Below are positions 43,763 through 55,500 of a stretch of 64,000 nucleotides of DNA, in pieces (positions within the stretch are counted from its first letter, which is position 1; every line of letters starts with the position of its first letter). Location: contig JAIORK010000037.1 in NCBI GenBank assembly GCA_021108215.1, positions 20,352 through 84,351 of the forward strand, given 5' to 3'. Under the pieces are notes generated by a model. It was not told the DNA's origin, searched no databases, and saw only the letters and a program-made list of their open reading frames with translations. Position numbers and translations under genes: made by a program. Source of the stretch: a bacterium (GTDB taxonomy: Bacteria; Oederibacteriota; JAAXVQ01; JAUVAV01).

Positions 43763-45847
43763 ATGATCAAGGATTACAAGATGGAAAATATTCAAACGAT
43801 CCTGCTGGCCGGCCATGGCCAAGTCGGGAAAACAACGTTCAATGAATCTTTGCTTGTCGCAGGTGGATCACTATCCGAACCCGGTTTGATTGACAAAGGC
43901 ACAACTGTTTCCGATTTCGATGAAGAAGAGATTGCCCGCAAAATGTCGCTCAAGGCATCTTTAAGTTTCGTTGAATACCAAGATCATAAAATCAATTTCA
44001 TCGACACCCCGGGGTCTCCTGATTTCATCGGCGAGGTGCGCGCTGGGTTACATGTGGCTGATTCGGTCTGCATTTTAGTGGATGGCGAATCCGGTGTTCA
44101 GGTTGAGGCGGAGAAGCACGCCCGGATCGCAGAAGAATTTCATATCCCCCGGGTTGCAATCATCAATAAAATGAATAAGGAAAATGCCGATTTCGAGGCA
44201 GCGCTGGAATCCATCACAACCAAATTCGGAAAAACCGCTGTTCCTTTATGGCTGCCGATGGGTCAGGGTGCGGATTTCAAAGGTGTGATTGATCTGATGA
44301 GAATGAAGGCGCTTACTTTCGAAGGAACCAGCCCCAAAATCGGACCTATCCCGGAGGATATGCAGGCAGCGGCCAATGCCGCCCATGAAAAACTCATTGA
44401 AGCGGCGGCAGAAGGCGATGACACGCTCACAGAAAAATTCCTTGAAGGACAAACCCTGACCGATGCGGAAATTGCTACAGGTTTGGATGAAGTTTTGGTT
44501 GCCGGCAGTTTTGTTCCTGTTATTTGTGGATGCGGCAATTCGGTTGCCTGCGCAGCCGCCGCCTTGGATTTTTTCCTCCTGGTCCTCCCCACGGCCTCTC
44601 AGTATCCTGCCAAAGAAGGATTTGATCCGGCGGATGAAAGTAAAAAATTAATCCGCGAATCAAAAACAGACGCCCCTTTTTCCGCTTATGTTTTTAAAAC
44701 CACGATTGATCAATATGCCGGAAAACTTTCTTTCTTTCGCGTAATTTCAGGAACCATTTCACCTGATCAGGATGTTCAAAATGTAAATGCCAACCACAAA
44801 GACCGGTTTAGCCACCTGCTTGCGCTGCAAGGAAAAAAAACCATCGAAATTCCCAAAGTGGTTGCCGGCGATATCGCGGCCATTGCCAAGCTGGATACCG
44901 CGCACACAGGAAATACTTTTTCCGACCCCGGCCAACAAATTCAGTACCCGAACCTGCGGATGCCCCAAGCGGTTTATTCCGTCGCTGTCTCGACCACAAA
45001 AAAGGGTGATGAACAAAAAATGGGGACTGTCCTGGGCAAACTTTGCGAAGAAGATACCACCCTGACCTTCCGGTATGAACCGGAAATCCGTCAGTCACTG
45101 CTTTCCGCCATGGGCGATCTGCAGATTGATATCACACTGGCCAAACTGAAAAAAAAATACAATGTCGAGGTCACGCGCGATGTCCCGCGTATTTTGTATA
45201 AAGAGACCATCCTAAAAACCAGCAAAGGACATCATAAACACAAAAAACAATCCGGCGGCCATGGCCAATACGGCGACGTTTATCTTGAAATTATGCCGCG
45301 CCAGCGAGGCGACGGCTATGCGTTCGAAGATAAAACGGTTGGCGGCTGTATTCCCAAAGGATACATTCCCGGTGTCGAAAAAGGGATTAAAGAAGCTTTG
45401 CAGCATGGTGTGCTTGCCAAATATCCGGTGATTGACACCGGCATCAAGGTGGTGGATGGATCTTATCATGATGTCGACTCTTCGGAAATGTCCTTTAAAA
45501 TTGCGGGTCGTAAGGCGTTTTTCGATGCCATGCAAAACGCCTCTCCCGTTTTGCTGGAACCGGTTATGCATGTTAAAATTTATGCCAATGACACGTACAT
45601 GGGTGCCATCACCAGTGACTTGAATTCCCGACGCGGCCGGATCCTTGCTATGGGCACTGAACAAATCGAAGCCCATATCCCGCAGGCGGAGCTTAGAACC
45701 TATTCAATGGATCTTAAAGCCATGACCTCCGGTACCGCCGGTTTCGAAATGGTCTTTTCACATTTTCAACCGATTTCCGGCAGAATTTCCGACAATGTCA
45801 TCAAGGAAGCTGCTATAATTCATGGCGATATCAAAGAAGATGAATAA
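43763..45847 (+). CDS. Elongation factor G paralog with a divergent G domain
   Basis: The 694-aa product has the full five-domain EF-G layout: GHGQVGKTT (G1), DTPGSPDF (G3) and INKMNKENADF (G4), and domain IV/V motifs such as HKKQSGGHGQYGDV and DGSYHDVDSSEMSFKIAG. Confidence 0.8.
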   Translation: MIKDYKMENIQTILLAGHGQVGKTTFNESLLVAGGSLSEPGLIDKGTTVSDFDEEEIARKMSLKASLSFVEYQDHKINFIDTPGSPDFIGEVRAGLHVADSVCILVDGESGVQVEAEKHARIAEEFHIPRVAIINKMNKENADFEAALESITTKFGKTAVPLWLPMGQGADFKGVIDLMRMKALTFEGTSPKIGPIPEDMQAAANAAHEKLIEAAAEGDDTLTEKFLEGQTLTDAEIATGLDEVLVAGSFVPVICGCGNSVACAAAALDFFLLVLPTASQYPAKEGFDPADESKKLIRESKTDAPFSAYVFKTTIDQYAGKLSFFRVISGTISPDQDVQNVNANHKDRFSHLLALQGKKTIEIPKVVAGDIAAIAKLDTAHTGNTFSDPGQQIQYPNLRMPQAVYSVAVSTTKKGDEQKMGTVLGKLCEEDTTLTFRYEPEIRQSLLSAMGDLQIDITLAKLKKKYNVEVTRDVPRILYKETILKTSKGHHKHKKQSGGHGQYGDVYLEIMPRQRGDGYAFEDKTVGGCIPKGYIPGVEKGIKEALQHGVLAKYPVIDTGIKVVDGSYHDVDSSEMSFKIAGRKAFFDAMQNASPVLLEPVMHVKIYANDTYMGAITSDLNSRRGRILAMGTEQIEAHIPQAELRTYSMDLKAMTSGTAGFEMVFSHFQPISGRISDNVIKEAAIIHGDIKEDE

Positions 45848-45860
45848 TTTAAACTAATAA

Positions 45861-45890
45861 AAAGAGGATGCTCTTGTATCCTCTTTTTAT
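45861..45890 (+). terminator. Rho-independent terminator after the EF-G paralog
   Basis: aaagaggat-gctcttgt-atcctcttt is followed by a T-rich tract ttatt, 14 nt after the stop codon. Confidence 0.7.
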
Positions 45891-46018
45891 TAAAATTTTT
45901 TAATTAAATTTTCAATAAAAAAACATAAGTTTTTATCTAATTTTTATACAGTGCATCTATCTTCAACCACTCAGTAAAGCATACTGGATTCACTGACACT
46001 TAAATACAAAGGAAAAAC

Positions 46019-46819
46019 ATGTCTATTTTTAAAAACAAATCAAATAAAATCAGTCATAATAAAAAAGCAAAACATGATCTCCATTTAGAAGAAGTTCTTT
46101 ATAATTCCAACAACCCAACACGCCGTCAATTACATCTTTCCCGGTTCAACTGGATTTGTAATGCAATCAACAAATACACGGATAATAAAAACACTACCAT
46201 TTTAGAAATCGGTGTTGGCTCCGGTACTTATTTATCTAAATTATCAACCGTTGCAGATAAAGTTATGGTTTCCGATATTGATAAATCATATTTAAATCAT
46301 GCGCAAAACAAATTTGTAAATACCAATATCAGTTTTACAATTGATGACATTACAAAAAGCCGATTTGATGGCAATACTTTTGACTTTATACTTTGCAGTG
46401 AAGTGATCGAGCACATCAAAGAATCGCAAAGAGCATTTTTCGAGATTCACCGGATATTAAAACCAGGGGGGATTTTAATTATGACTACACCCCAAAAATA
46501 TTGCCCCTTGGAACTGTTGGTAAAAATTATTTCTGTACTCCCTGGAATGAAAAAACTTGCGGAATTCGTTTACAAAGAACCTGTACCTGAAGAAATGGGA
46601 CATATTAATTTAATGACAAATAAAACCATTTTAAAACAAACCCATTTTGTGAATCTTGCATTGATAGAAAAATACAAATGCGGTATGTACCTTCCGATGA
46701 TTGCCGAGCTGGGTGGCGAGCCAGGAATGAAATTACTACGTTATCTAGAACATCATCTTCGGGATAGCCTTTGGGATTGGATGCTTTGGACCCAGTGTTA
46801 CGTTTTTTTAAAATCTTAA
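46019..46819 (+). CDS. Class I SAM-dependent methyltransferase
   Basis: ILEIGVGSGTYL (motif I), VSDID (motif II acidic), ILCSEVIEHI and LKPGGILIMTTP. Confidence 0.75.
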   Translation: MSIFKNKSNKISHNKKAKHDLHLEEVLYNSNNPTRRQLHLSRFNWICNAINKYTDNKNTTILEIGVGSGTYLSKLSTVADKVMVSDIDKSYLNHAQNKFVNTNISFTIDDITKSRFDGNTFDFILCSEVIEHIKESQRAFFEIHRILKPGGILIMTTPQKYCPLELLVKIISVLPGMKKLAEFVYKEPVPEEMGHINLMTNKTILKQTHFVNLALIEKYKCGMYLPMIAELGGEPGMKLLRYLEHHLRDSLWDWMLWTQCYVFLKS

Positions 46820-47184
46820 TTTCCCAAGTACCCTTTGATGTTTATTTTCCAACAACGTCAATCATTTAAGTTTATTTAAAGTAGCGTATATTTACCTATA
46901 TCGCAGACTAATAATTTTCAAAATAAATGGTAATAAAATCATTTCAAAGATCATCTAATAATTAGACATACTTTGGCAGTATACGGAATTCCGTCAAATG
47001 TATGCCGGAATTCTTATGGACTATCTTTTCCGCATATTGTATAACCAGTATTGTGTGGCAATAGATTTTTTTCGACATACTATTTTTAATAAAAAACCGA
47101 GCAATTGTTTTCTGCTTTTTTACTTCCACAATAAAACATGCTACCATTGAGATAGCATGATAAAAAAAGGGCGGATCAGCCGAC

Positions 47185-48474
47185 ATGATCTCCAACAAAT
47201 TGTTGAACATCTACAACCATTCAAAAACCGTCATGGTCGTCTCTAATTTCCCACCTCGCAGCCAAACACATGGCGACAAAGTAGGTGGCGTCGCTAGTTT
47301 CACGCGCAATAAAATTAAGCCATGGTCACGTATTCGAAGAGATCGAATGATCGTATTGGCAGACATTATCGACACACCAGAAGTATTCGAAGATGAAAAT
47401 ATTTTAATCATTCGCTGTTGGAATAGAAACCGACCACAATTATATTATCAAATATTCTCAACCATTTTAAAATTCACTCAAGTAAACACCATTCTTTGGG
47501 AATTCGAATTTTCCCTTTACGGAGACACTGGAATCATGAGTGTCTTTCCCGCTCTACTGGGTTTGGTAAGTGCTTGTCATAAAAAAAATATCATTGTCAT
47601 GCACCAAGTACTATTGGATCTCGGGACACTATCTGGTCACATTGGCTTACCTAAAAACACGTTAAAAACAAAACTTATGTCAAATCTGTTGAAAACATAC
47701 TACCGTCTGATGATGTTGACGTCTCACAAAATCGTGGTATTAGAAAATTCTCTTAAAAAAAGACTTCTCCAATTAAATTCTCAACACCAAAAAGTGATTA
47801 CCATACCACATGGTGTCGATTGTAATATTACATCTTTACCCAAACATATCGCTCGTCAAAAAATCAATGTTTGTACAAAAGAGTATGTCATTCTTCTTTT
47901 TGGTTATCTGACCTGGTATAAAGGTGCAGATCTTATTCTTAAATCATTCGAAAAATTGCACGAGGAATGTCCAGGTACAAATATGCGTCTCATCCTGGCT
48001 GGCGGACAAAGTTTGACACAAAAACACAAAAGTCATTATCGCAAATATTACCGTCAACTTGAAACGCATGCACGCAAAATAAAAAATGTCCAAATTACAG
48101 GCCATGTAAAAGAAAAAGATTTCGCAACATATTTCGGCGCAGCCGACATTGTTGTTTTACCTTATCGAGCATTCATGTCTTCTTCTGGAATTTTATCCTT
48201 GGCATTATCTTACAAGAAGCCTATCGCGTTATCAACATGTCTGAAAAAGTGGATTGGACCAGAACATCAAGTTTTAGAAAAAGACCTTACTTTTTTTGAT
48301 CCCCAAGTAAACACACTATGTGCTTGTCTCCAGAATCTTCTCCATCAGCCGACACGTCTGAAAAAAAATATAAAAGTTGTTGAAAAATTACGTAAAGCGA
48401 GAAGTTACGAACAACTCGCCCACTCTTATGAAGACCTCATCCGCTCAATACAAAATCAGACAATTATTAATTAG
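47185..48474 (+). CDS. Glycosyltransferase (GT-B fold, GT4-like)
   Basis: The 429-aa product has YKGADLIL..LILAGG..ITGHV...ADIVVLPYRAFMSSSGILSLALSYKKPI, which follows the C-terminal GT1/GT4 nucleotide-sugar binding layout. The usual first Glu of ExxxxxxxE appears to be replaced. Confidence 0.55.
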   Translation: MISNKLLNIYNHSKTVMVVSNFPPRSQTHGDKVGGVASFTRNKIKPWSRIRRDRMIVLADIIDTPEVFEDENILIIRCWNRNRPQLYYQIFSTILKFTQVNTILWEFEFSLYGDTGIMSVFPALLGLVSACHKKNIIVMHQVLLDLGTLSGHIGLPKNTLKTKLMSNLLKTYYRLMMLTSHKIVVLENSLKKRLLQLNSQHQKVITIPHGVDCNITSLPKHIARQKINVCTKEYVILLFGYLTWYKGADLILKSFEKLHEECPGTNMRLILAGGQSLTQKHKSHYRKYYRQLETHARKIKNVQITGHVKEKDFATYFGAADIVVLPYRAFMSSSGILSLALSYKKPIALSTCLKKWIGPEHQVLEKDLTFFDPQVNTLCACLQNLLHQPTRLKKNIKVVEKLRKARSYEQLAHSYEDLIRSIQNQTIIN

Positions 48475-48539
48475 TCCCTTATATTTTGAATTCTATCGTT
48501 ATTATTTTTTCTGCCGTTCTACCCACGACTCATTTTTTG

Positions 48540-49736
48540 TTAATTAAGCCTTGCACTGGCCATCGAGGATTCTTTCTTTATAATTTTTTCTTGAATGAGT
48601 TCTATGTATTGAGCAATAACATCGTCCATCGAATAGGTACGTGCAGCATAATAATTTTTTTCACCGAAGTGGCGTAATTTTCCAGGACTATTCTCGAATA
48701 ATTGAAGAATTGATTTTGCAATACTATTTGTATTTTGAATATCAAAAAAATCCATACAATATCCCTCTTGCTCTTTCTTTCTAAAAAACGGCAGATCCGA
48801 TACCAACAAAGGCATCTGGTACATACAAGATTGAATCAATGCGCCAGATTCACCACCAATGGTATGATATGGCATAATTGCAGCTTCATTTTCCGAATGA
48901 ATCTGATGCACTTTTTCTTCGGGAACATATCCTATAAATCGAATATTAGGATTTCCCGAATATCGCCGCCTCAGTTCTTCAAGATAATCGGGATTGTGCG
49001 CATTGGATGCGCCCACAACATTCAATCTCACATCCTGGTCAATTTCATAGACATGACGCATTGCTGCCAGCGTTGTTTCCAATTTCTTATGCGTTCCAAA
49101 TATTCCAAATGCAAGAAGATTTTTCCTTTTCCTAGATATCATTTTTTTGGATTGATCCATCACGCATCCAGACCCACCCAAAGATCCATGAGGCATGATT
49201 TTCACATGCTGCGCTTTATATTTTTGTTTAAGAATTATTTCATACTCAGGTAATAACACACACATATTACCTGCGCGAGTAAGCATCCAGGTTGCCAATG
49301 TCGCGCCCCATTTTATGAATCTATTATTAAACGAGTTCATTTTTTTCAAATCCACCAATTCTATCATGTTGTGAAGTGTGATTAAGCATGGAATGTTTAA
49401 TAATTTTTTTGTGATTAGCGGCACCATCATTCCCATAAAATTAGCAGTCGTCATACCAAAACTTCCCAAAGTGATATTAAACCAACAACAATCCACTGAA
49501 AGTTCCCTAAGATGATTGACGATCTGCCAAGACAACAAAGGAGAATCGAACCTCCATACCCTATGAATCGTAAGCTTCCCTTCATGGTGGATCTCCGGAT
49601 ATCCATCCACCATGTCAGCAATCACATGAATCCGTTGAACTTTCCGATTATTTTTTAGTGCCCTAACCAAATGATAGCAATACTCGCTCACTGGTCGCTT
49701 CCCTGGAACATAATTGGATATTAACGCAATATTCAT
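48540..49736 (-). CDS. Glycosyltransferase (GT-B fold, GT4-like)
   Basis: The 398-aa product begins MNIALISNYVPGKRPVSEY. It carries FGTHKKLE...LNVVGA...IRFIGYVPEE...AAIMPYHTIGGESGALIQSCMYQMPLLVSD, a typical GT4 C-terminal pattern. Confidence 0.6.
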   Translation of the reverse strand: MNIALISNYVPGKRPVSEYCYHLVRALKNNRKVQRIHVIADMVDGYPEIHHEGKLTIHRVWRFDSPLLSWQIVNHLRELSVDCCWFNITLGSFGMTTANFMGMMVPLITKKLLNIPCLITLHNMIELVDLKKMNSFNNRFIKWGATLATWMLTRAGNMCVLLPEYEIILKQKYKAQHVKIMPHGSLGGSGCVMDQSKKMISRKRKNLLAFGIFGTHKKLETTLAAMRHVYEIDQDVRLNVVGASNAHNPDYLEELRRRYSGNPNIRFIGYVPEEKVHQIHSENEAAIMPYHTIGGESGALIQSCMYQMPLLVSDLPFFRKKEQEGYCMDFFDIQNTNSIAKSILQLFENSPGKLRHFGEKNYYAARTYSMDDVIAQYIELIQEKIIKKESSMASARLN

Positions 49737-50012
49737 TTCGAGTCACACCCTCACATCACAATATTTTGCATTTTCCAATCCCTTACAAAATTTCATGTAA
49801 CACCGTTCGCTTGATATAGCACTTATTTTCTTTATATATCTGATCGTGAATTACAGAATCATTTTCTTGAAAAGATCAACTGTTCTGAATAGATTGATAG
49901 CTGAAATACACTATTATTAGATGCGTGTGAGCACTTTTTTATTACTTTTATTTTCAATTCCGCAGTTCATTTGACGACAACTTATTTCATTATTTCAGAG
50001 TAGATTTCTCAA

Positions 50013-52472
50013 TCACAAATTAATCCGCAGAGACTTCCCATCATCGGTAGAAATAAGAATTTGATCTATGTTTAATACTGCCCCTGGAGAAATGCCGATT
50101 TCAACGATAACAACATTTTCGTACCATTCCGGATCTTTTGATTGTATATCATTGATTTGTTTCGCAAGCGGTTCTTGTACCCATTCCCGGTATTCCGAAT
50201 TCTGAAGAAGTCGTTTATAGGACAATTCATCCAAACGACGGATGATTTTCCGATAATATGGCTGAGCTAGTATTGCACTTTCTGATTTTGAAATCACTGC
50301 GGCAAACTTCCTATCTTTCATTTTTAAATCAAATACCGTCTTATTCACTTCATATATTTTTCGCCCAAATCGAGGATGATTTAGCAGACGATAGTACAAT
50401 TTTCTATTGAGCCTTCTAATCTGTTGTCCAAATTCAGGATGAGAAAGTAACTTTTCCTCAAGTTGATGCTGCACCTGACGAAACATCTGATGTTCTAATT
50501 GTATATCATAAGCCATTTGCTCAATTTTTCTTAAAATAAATCCATATTTTTCATCTTTCATTTTTTCCGCTTCACTTATTCGAACCCACTTTTCTAATTG
50601 ACCACGCAGGTTTTTGTTAGACAGCATATTCCAATGTAACTGATGATTCAATTGCCTATAGAACATGCCATAAAGATGATGATCTTCTTTTTTATTTGTT
50701 TCTTCATCCTCTAGTTTCATCAAAAGCTCCCAATAGGGAACGCAAGTTTGATCTAGCTCAAAACTTTTCCACTGAACCTCCAAATATCTTTGTTGATATC
50801 CTTCTTCCATTCTCTGCTTCATTGTCAAATTTTGGTTAACTTCAGCAATAATTTCATGATCGTATTCTTGTTCCTTGAGCAAGTGCTCTAAAAATTCATG
50901 CATATGCTGAACCGCAAATACAGGGGGATGCCCTCCCCATTGTCGCCTCAACATATAAAAAGAAAATTCATCAAAGCCTCTTTCTCTATTTTTTATCCAT
51001 CTCCCCCAGTGTTGTTTTAAACTTTTTTTTATATGTCCACTAAATTGATCTCTGAAACCTGACATATCGAGCACTCGAAAAATAACATCCTGCTTTTCAG
51101 AATACTTTTCTATAAGCAATCTGTTTCGTATCTTTGTCATTTTTTTTTCGTCAGCTTCCATAACCCGCCTTACCTCTGGAGAAGCTTTTCTTTTGATTTC
51201 ATTTCGCCATTTTATTTCTTGCTTTTTCTTATCGCGAAGAAACACCCTTATCTCCACTTCTCGCTCATGCTCCCGAATCATCTTCTGAAGTCTCCGATAT
51301 TTACCCACCTCAATTTTTTCTAAAAATCCACGGAATCGTTTGTCCTGCCTAGCTTTTTTTCCTTCTTTTTCGCTAAAAAACCGCCCTTGGAAAAACACAG
51401 ACTTATTTAAATCTTGATTCTTTAACCGATCATGTTGTCTTCTTTGACGATCCAATTTTCGCCAATGCTTCATTCTTTCTTCCAAGCCCGGCCAACCTTG
51501 CTGTGCTTCCGCCAACATTTCCAGCCGAATCAATTCGCTCTCCTTCCATACTTCCATATACTTTTCCTGATCACGGTCATAAAGTTCCAATAAAAGATCG
51601 ATCCTCTTGGCTGGTATAATTTCTTTAAAAAAACGGCAAAATTTTTCGTTCCCACACATTTTTTCTCTTTGTTGCCAGCCATACATTGTTGCCTCTGATA
51701 ACATAAACTCTTTTAGTCTTGGGTCGCTCTGTTTAATCGCCCTCCATAATATCCATTCTTTTTCTGAAACAACATTCTCTAAATACTGTTTCACCGATTT
51801 ATTGGTCTCTTTTAATTCTCGAATCATTTGCCATTTCAATTCCTCAACAGCATCAAATGCTCCCGAAGCTTTTTGATCATTTTTGAGAAGTTGAACCAAT
51901 TTTTTTTGGGTCTCCCATTCTATATCAGCAGTCAACTGTTTCATCCGGTAATGTTCTTTGGGTGGCAGCTGTTGTATAAGTTTTTCTTCAAGTTGTTTTC
52001 CGAGAATTTGATACTTTATTAATTGGTCATCCATCTGGACAGGACCCGTAGGTTTGTTGGAACGATAATACTTTTGGATTATTTTTTCTTTGTCTAAATA
52101 ATAATACTTACCCGGCTGAGTAAATTCCATACCTTTGGCACTAAACGTTTCCCGGTTTCCGCGCACTATACGTGTTAGCGAAAAATAACCATGATACCCC
52201 TTGATATTTTCTTTGACACCATGAACGTCTCGAATTGATATTTCATAACGATTATAAGGGCCATTCAAGGCTAAAGGAATATATGCACCACCATATTCCT
52301 CTGAATGAAGATTTCTGATTTGTAAAATACCGTTTTTTTGAGAAACAGCAACATCCTTCAATATCCATGGTTGAAAAGAAGCAATATCAACTTGTGACGC
52401 ATGATGATCTTCCGCCATTGCTGCATTTATCATCATTAACGAGATTATTAAAAATAAAATCCTATTCATCAT
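50013..52472 (-). CDS. Secreted 819-aa protein with an N-terminal beta domain and a long charged helical region, function unknown
   Basis: The signal peptide is MMNRILFLIISLMMINAAMA. The remainder is extremely K/E/R/Q-rich with recurring HP(E/R)FG(Q/R)(Q/K)I segments. The coding sequence is AT-rich. Confidence 0.5.
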   Translation of the reverse strand: MMNRILFLIISLMMINAAMAEDHHASQVDIASFQPWILKDVAVSQKNGILQIRNLHSEEYGGAYIPLALNGPYNRYEISIRDVHGVKENIKGYHGYFSLTRIVRGNRETFSAKGMEFTQPGKYYYLDKEKIIQKYYRSNKPTGPVQMDDQLIKYQILGKQLEEKLIQQLPPKEHYRMKQLTADIEWETQKKLVQLLKNDQKASGAFDAVEELKWQMIRELKETNKSVKQYLENVVSEKEWILWRAIKQSDPRLKEFMLSEATMYGWQQREKMCGNEKFCRFFKEIIPAKRIDLLLELYDRDQEKYMEVWKESELIRLEMLAEAQQGWPGLEERMKHWRKLDRQRRQHDRLKNQDLNKSVFFQGRFFSEKEGKKARQDKRFRGFLEKIEVGKYRRLQKMIREHEREVEIRVFLRDKKKQEIKWRNEIKRKASPEVRRVMEADEKKMTKIRNRLLIEKYSEKQDVIFRVLDMSGFRDQFSGHIKKSLKQHWGRWIKNRERGFDEFSFYMLRRQWGGHPPVFAVQHMHEFLEHLLKEQEYDHEIIAEVNQNLTMKQRMEEGYQQRYLEVQWKSFELDQTCVPYWELLMKLEDEETNKKEDHHLYGMFYRQLNHQLHWNMLSNKNLRGQLEKWVRISEAEKMKDEKYGFILRKIEQMAYDIQLEHQMFRQVQHQLEEKLLSHPEFGQQIRRLNRKLYYRLLNHPRFGRKIYEVNKTVFDLKMKDRKFAAVISKSESAILAQPYYRKIIRRLDELSYKRLLQNSEYREWVQEPLAKQINDIQSKDPEWYENVVIVEIGISPGAVLNIDQILISTDDGKSLRINL

Positions 52473-52571
52473 TTCTAATTAAATCCTTTTTTATTCCATA
52501 GAATCTTCTGATCAAATTGCTTCCCAACTTCTCTATAATCGCCAGCGGACAAGTACTATTCATTTTCATCA

Positions 52572-55500
52572 TCACGGTCTAAATTTCTTCAACAGTTCAT
52601 TGATTTCTTCGCAATGCGGAATTCCTTTAAGAAAATCTCGAACACCTTCAAATCCAGCTTGTTTGGCATAACGCTCTAAAATTATCTGATCTTCCAACGA
52701 AAGCATTTGATAATTCTCCTGATGAATCCGAGGCAAACCCAGCTTAGGCAAATGATGAACAGGGTAAGCATAACATCCCAAATGTTTTATTATAGAATGA
52801 TATAATTCACCATAGGTTTTCAACCCTTTAAATGATCCTTGGCGAATAAAAATCCCAGCTCTGGCAAGAACTCTTTTGAAATCACGATGTGTCAAATAAT
52901 ATTCCCATTGATTAGCGCCATAAAACCGAGACAAATCGTGATTAATTTGCTTACGCCAATATTCTAAATCAACTACTTCACGGAGAATCATTGCTGCTTT
53001 CTTATCTGAAATTTTCTCTGCTTTGGGTGCCGGCATTTTCAAAACAAGATCACCATACGAGGCAATAAAATAGGCTAACTGATCAGCACGTATAGAACCA
53101 GTATTTATAAAATCCTGAAATGAATCATACTGCATATTTTTCGCCATAGTATTAAACTCTGCAATGGTATATGGTTTAGGAAGAAAATAGTTTAAATAAT
53201 CAATCAAACGATTAGAGTCATCAAAGTAGTATTCTTTCTCACCAGTTTGTTCAATATAACTTCTCTGTTTGCCCTGCAGCCGATCACGAATATTTTGACC
53301 TATTGCGACAAGTTTAAATACCCAAGGATTATAATGACCCAATGCTCCACGATAAAATGGACTGTCCCCAATATAGCGTGTCAGTTGATATGGATAAATA
53401 CATTCAGATTGATACATTGACAAATCCCAGATGTAATTCCAAGATCTCGCTTCAAAATGAAGAAAAACCCAAAAAACAAATGACATGGCAATAAAAACAA
53501 TAGGAATGCGATGCTTCATACGTAGCCGAATTTGCATAGATTTATATTTTATAATAATATAAAATAACATCATGACTCCCAAAATAATTACGACAACTCC
53601 CCATAGAGGACCAAAGCCTTTCCATGCCTTCACAATATTTTGAATTTTCCCGGGTAAATCTTCTTTCCCGGTTAAATTACTAAAAAAACTTTCTTTAATC
53701 ATATTTCTTCGTCGTGAAGCATCCGGATGTATTGTCAATCCCAGCATTGATCGCGAATCGGGATTCAGTTCATCTAACGCTATCGTTTTTGAAGGTTTAT
53801 GCCAAATTGTTAAAGGTCCCGCCCAAAAATGAATTCCAGGATAATTCCCAACCAGATCCCATCCTGTGGCTGCCAACACATCCGCGTAGCCATTATTGCC
53901 ACATATAATATAATTCAAACCCCAATGATCATTTTCCAATAAGTACCGCATAAGCGGTTTCATAGAATTAATCGACCCACGATCAAGTCCTACAATCGCC
54001 ACATCATGTTCTGGATGTTTTCCATGTCGATGATTAAACATGATGGTATCAGCTTGCATTCGTAATGTTTTTTTTGTATTCAATGTTATTAATTCAAATG
54101 AAGTTCCAATAACCAAGTATCGATGTACCATATCATTAATACTTGATTCATCATGTAATGAATGGATTTTTTCTAGATCCGGATATTCAGTTTTTTTAAG
54201 TGGTAGTATTTTTCTTACATTTTTTACTCGGTAAGGAGCATAGGGCTGTAATTTTCCCTCTGCACCTTTTTTTATCCGAATAATACGGCGTAATGGATCC
54301 TGAGTATTCATTCCAAAAAATGGTGGCTGTCCATTACGCCCCCCACTTTGCATCACAAATTCCAAGTCTTCTTCTGAAAACAGCAATTTTAATGTCCTTA
54401 GAATGACTCGTGAATTCTGAATTGATAATTCCGGCGAAGTCGTCTCGATCCCAATTTTAAAAACCAAGTGATAAAGTCCTGTTGCCTTATCTAGCTTGAA
54501 GTGTTTTTCGATAAATTTCCAGTCTAACTGATATACATGACTTCCCGGTGTTAATTTTGGTTTTAATTTAATATAAACTGCTTTGTTTTTTTGTCTTCGA
54601 TTATTTTTCCCCTCAGATTCAATGATAATCCACCCATTCACGAGCGGAGTTCTCTCCTCAACATCTACCCAAATATATTTGGGAATTTTTCGTAGTATCA
54701 CCGTTCTATAAATATACCCATAATTCCGGGGATAATCTGACGGCTGCTCTGCAGACGTTCTTAACACTCCCTTTTTTTTATCTTGTATGTTGCTAAACTG
54801 ATTTGGTTGATCCTTGCTTTCCGTTCCACGAACCGCAAGTTTCATTTGACCCTGATTTCCTTGATAAAAATCCAGCGTAGCACCGCAAGATATTTCGGAC
54901 AACGCATCTGGAAGAACGAAATGATTTTGAAACGGCGTAATATAAATTTCCGCCTTAGGATCAATCACACCTTCACGAAAAATCAAATTGATACCTTTTT
55001 CATATGACAATATATTTCCGAACTTCTCCGGCAGCACGCTTTTTTTTCGTAACTGTATGCCTTCAATAATCGCCCAAAGTTCTTTTTTATTTTGACTTTT
55101 GTTATTTGCTTTTGATTGTTTTTTTAGATCTTCTCGTTTCCCGGATTTTTCACTACTCCCAATACTCTCTGCCAAACCCAACACCAATCGAATACAACCA
55201 TTCGCTTCAGACATTTTTTTTTCAGGCAAATTAATGTAATAGATGCCAGGAGACGCCATTACCGTTTGCACCCATGGTAATACCTCCTCACTCGTTTTTT
55301 CATGCTTGACTTTTGAGGCACCACCACGAGGTAACGCCGCACCAAAATCACGCTGCAGAGTACGGTTCCTCTCTGTTCGAGCCATTTGAAATATTTTTTG
55401 TCGATATGCATCATGATAGACTTTCAAATACATGTGTTGCGTTGGTACCAGCTTATTAATTTGAATTGTAAGAATATGATGTCCAGGTGGCAGAATCATC

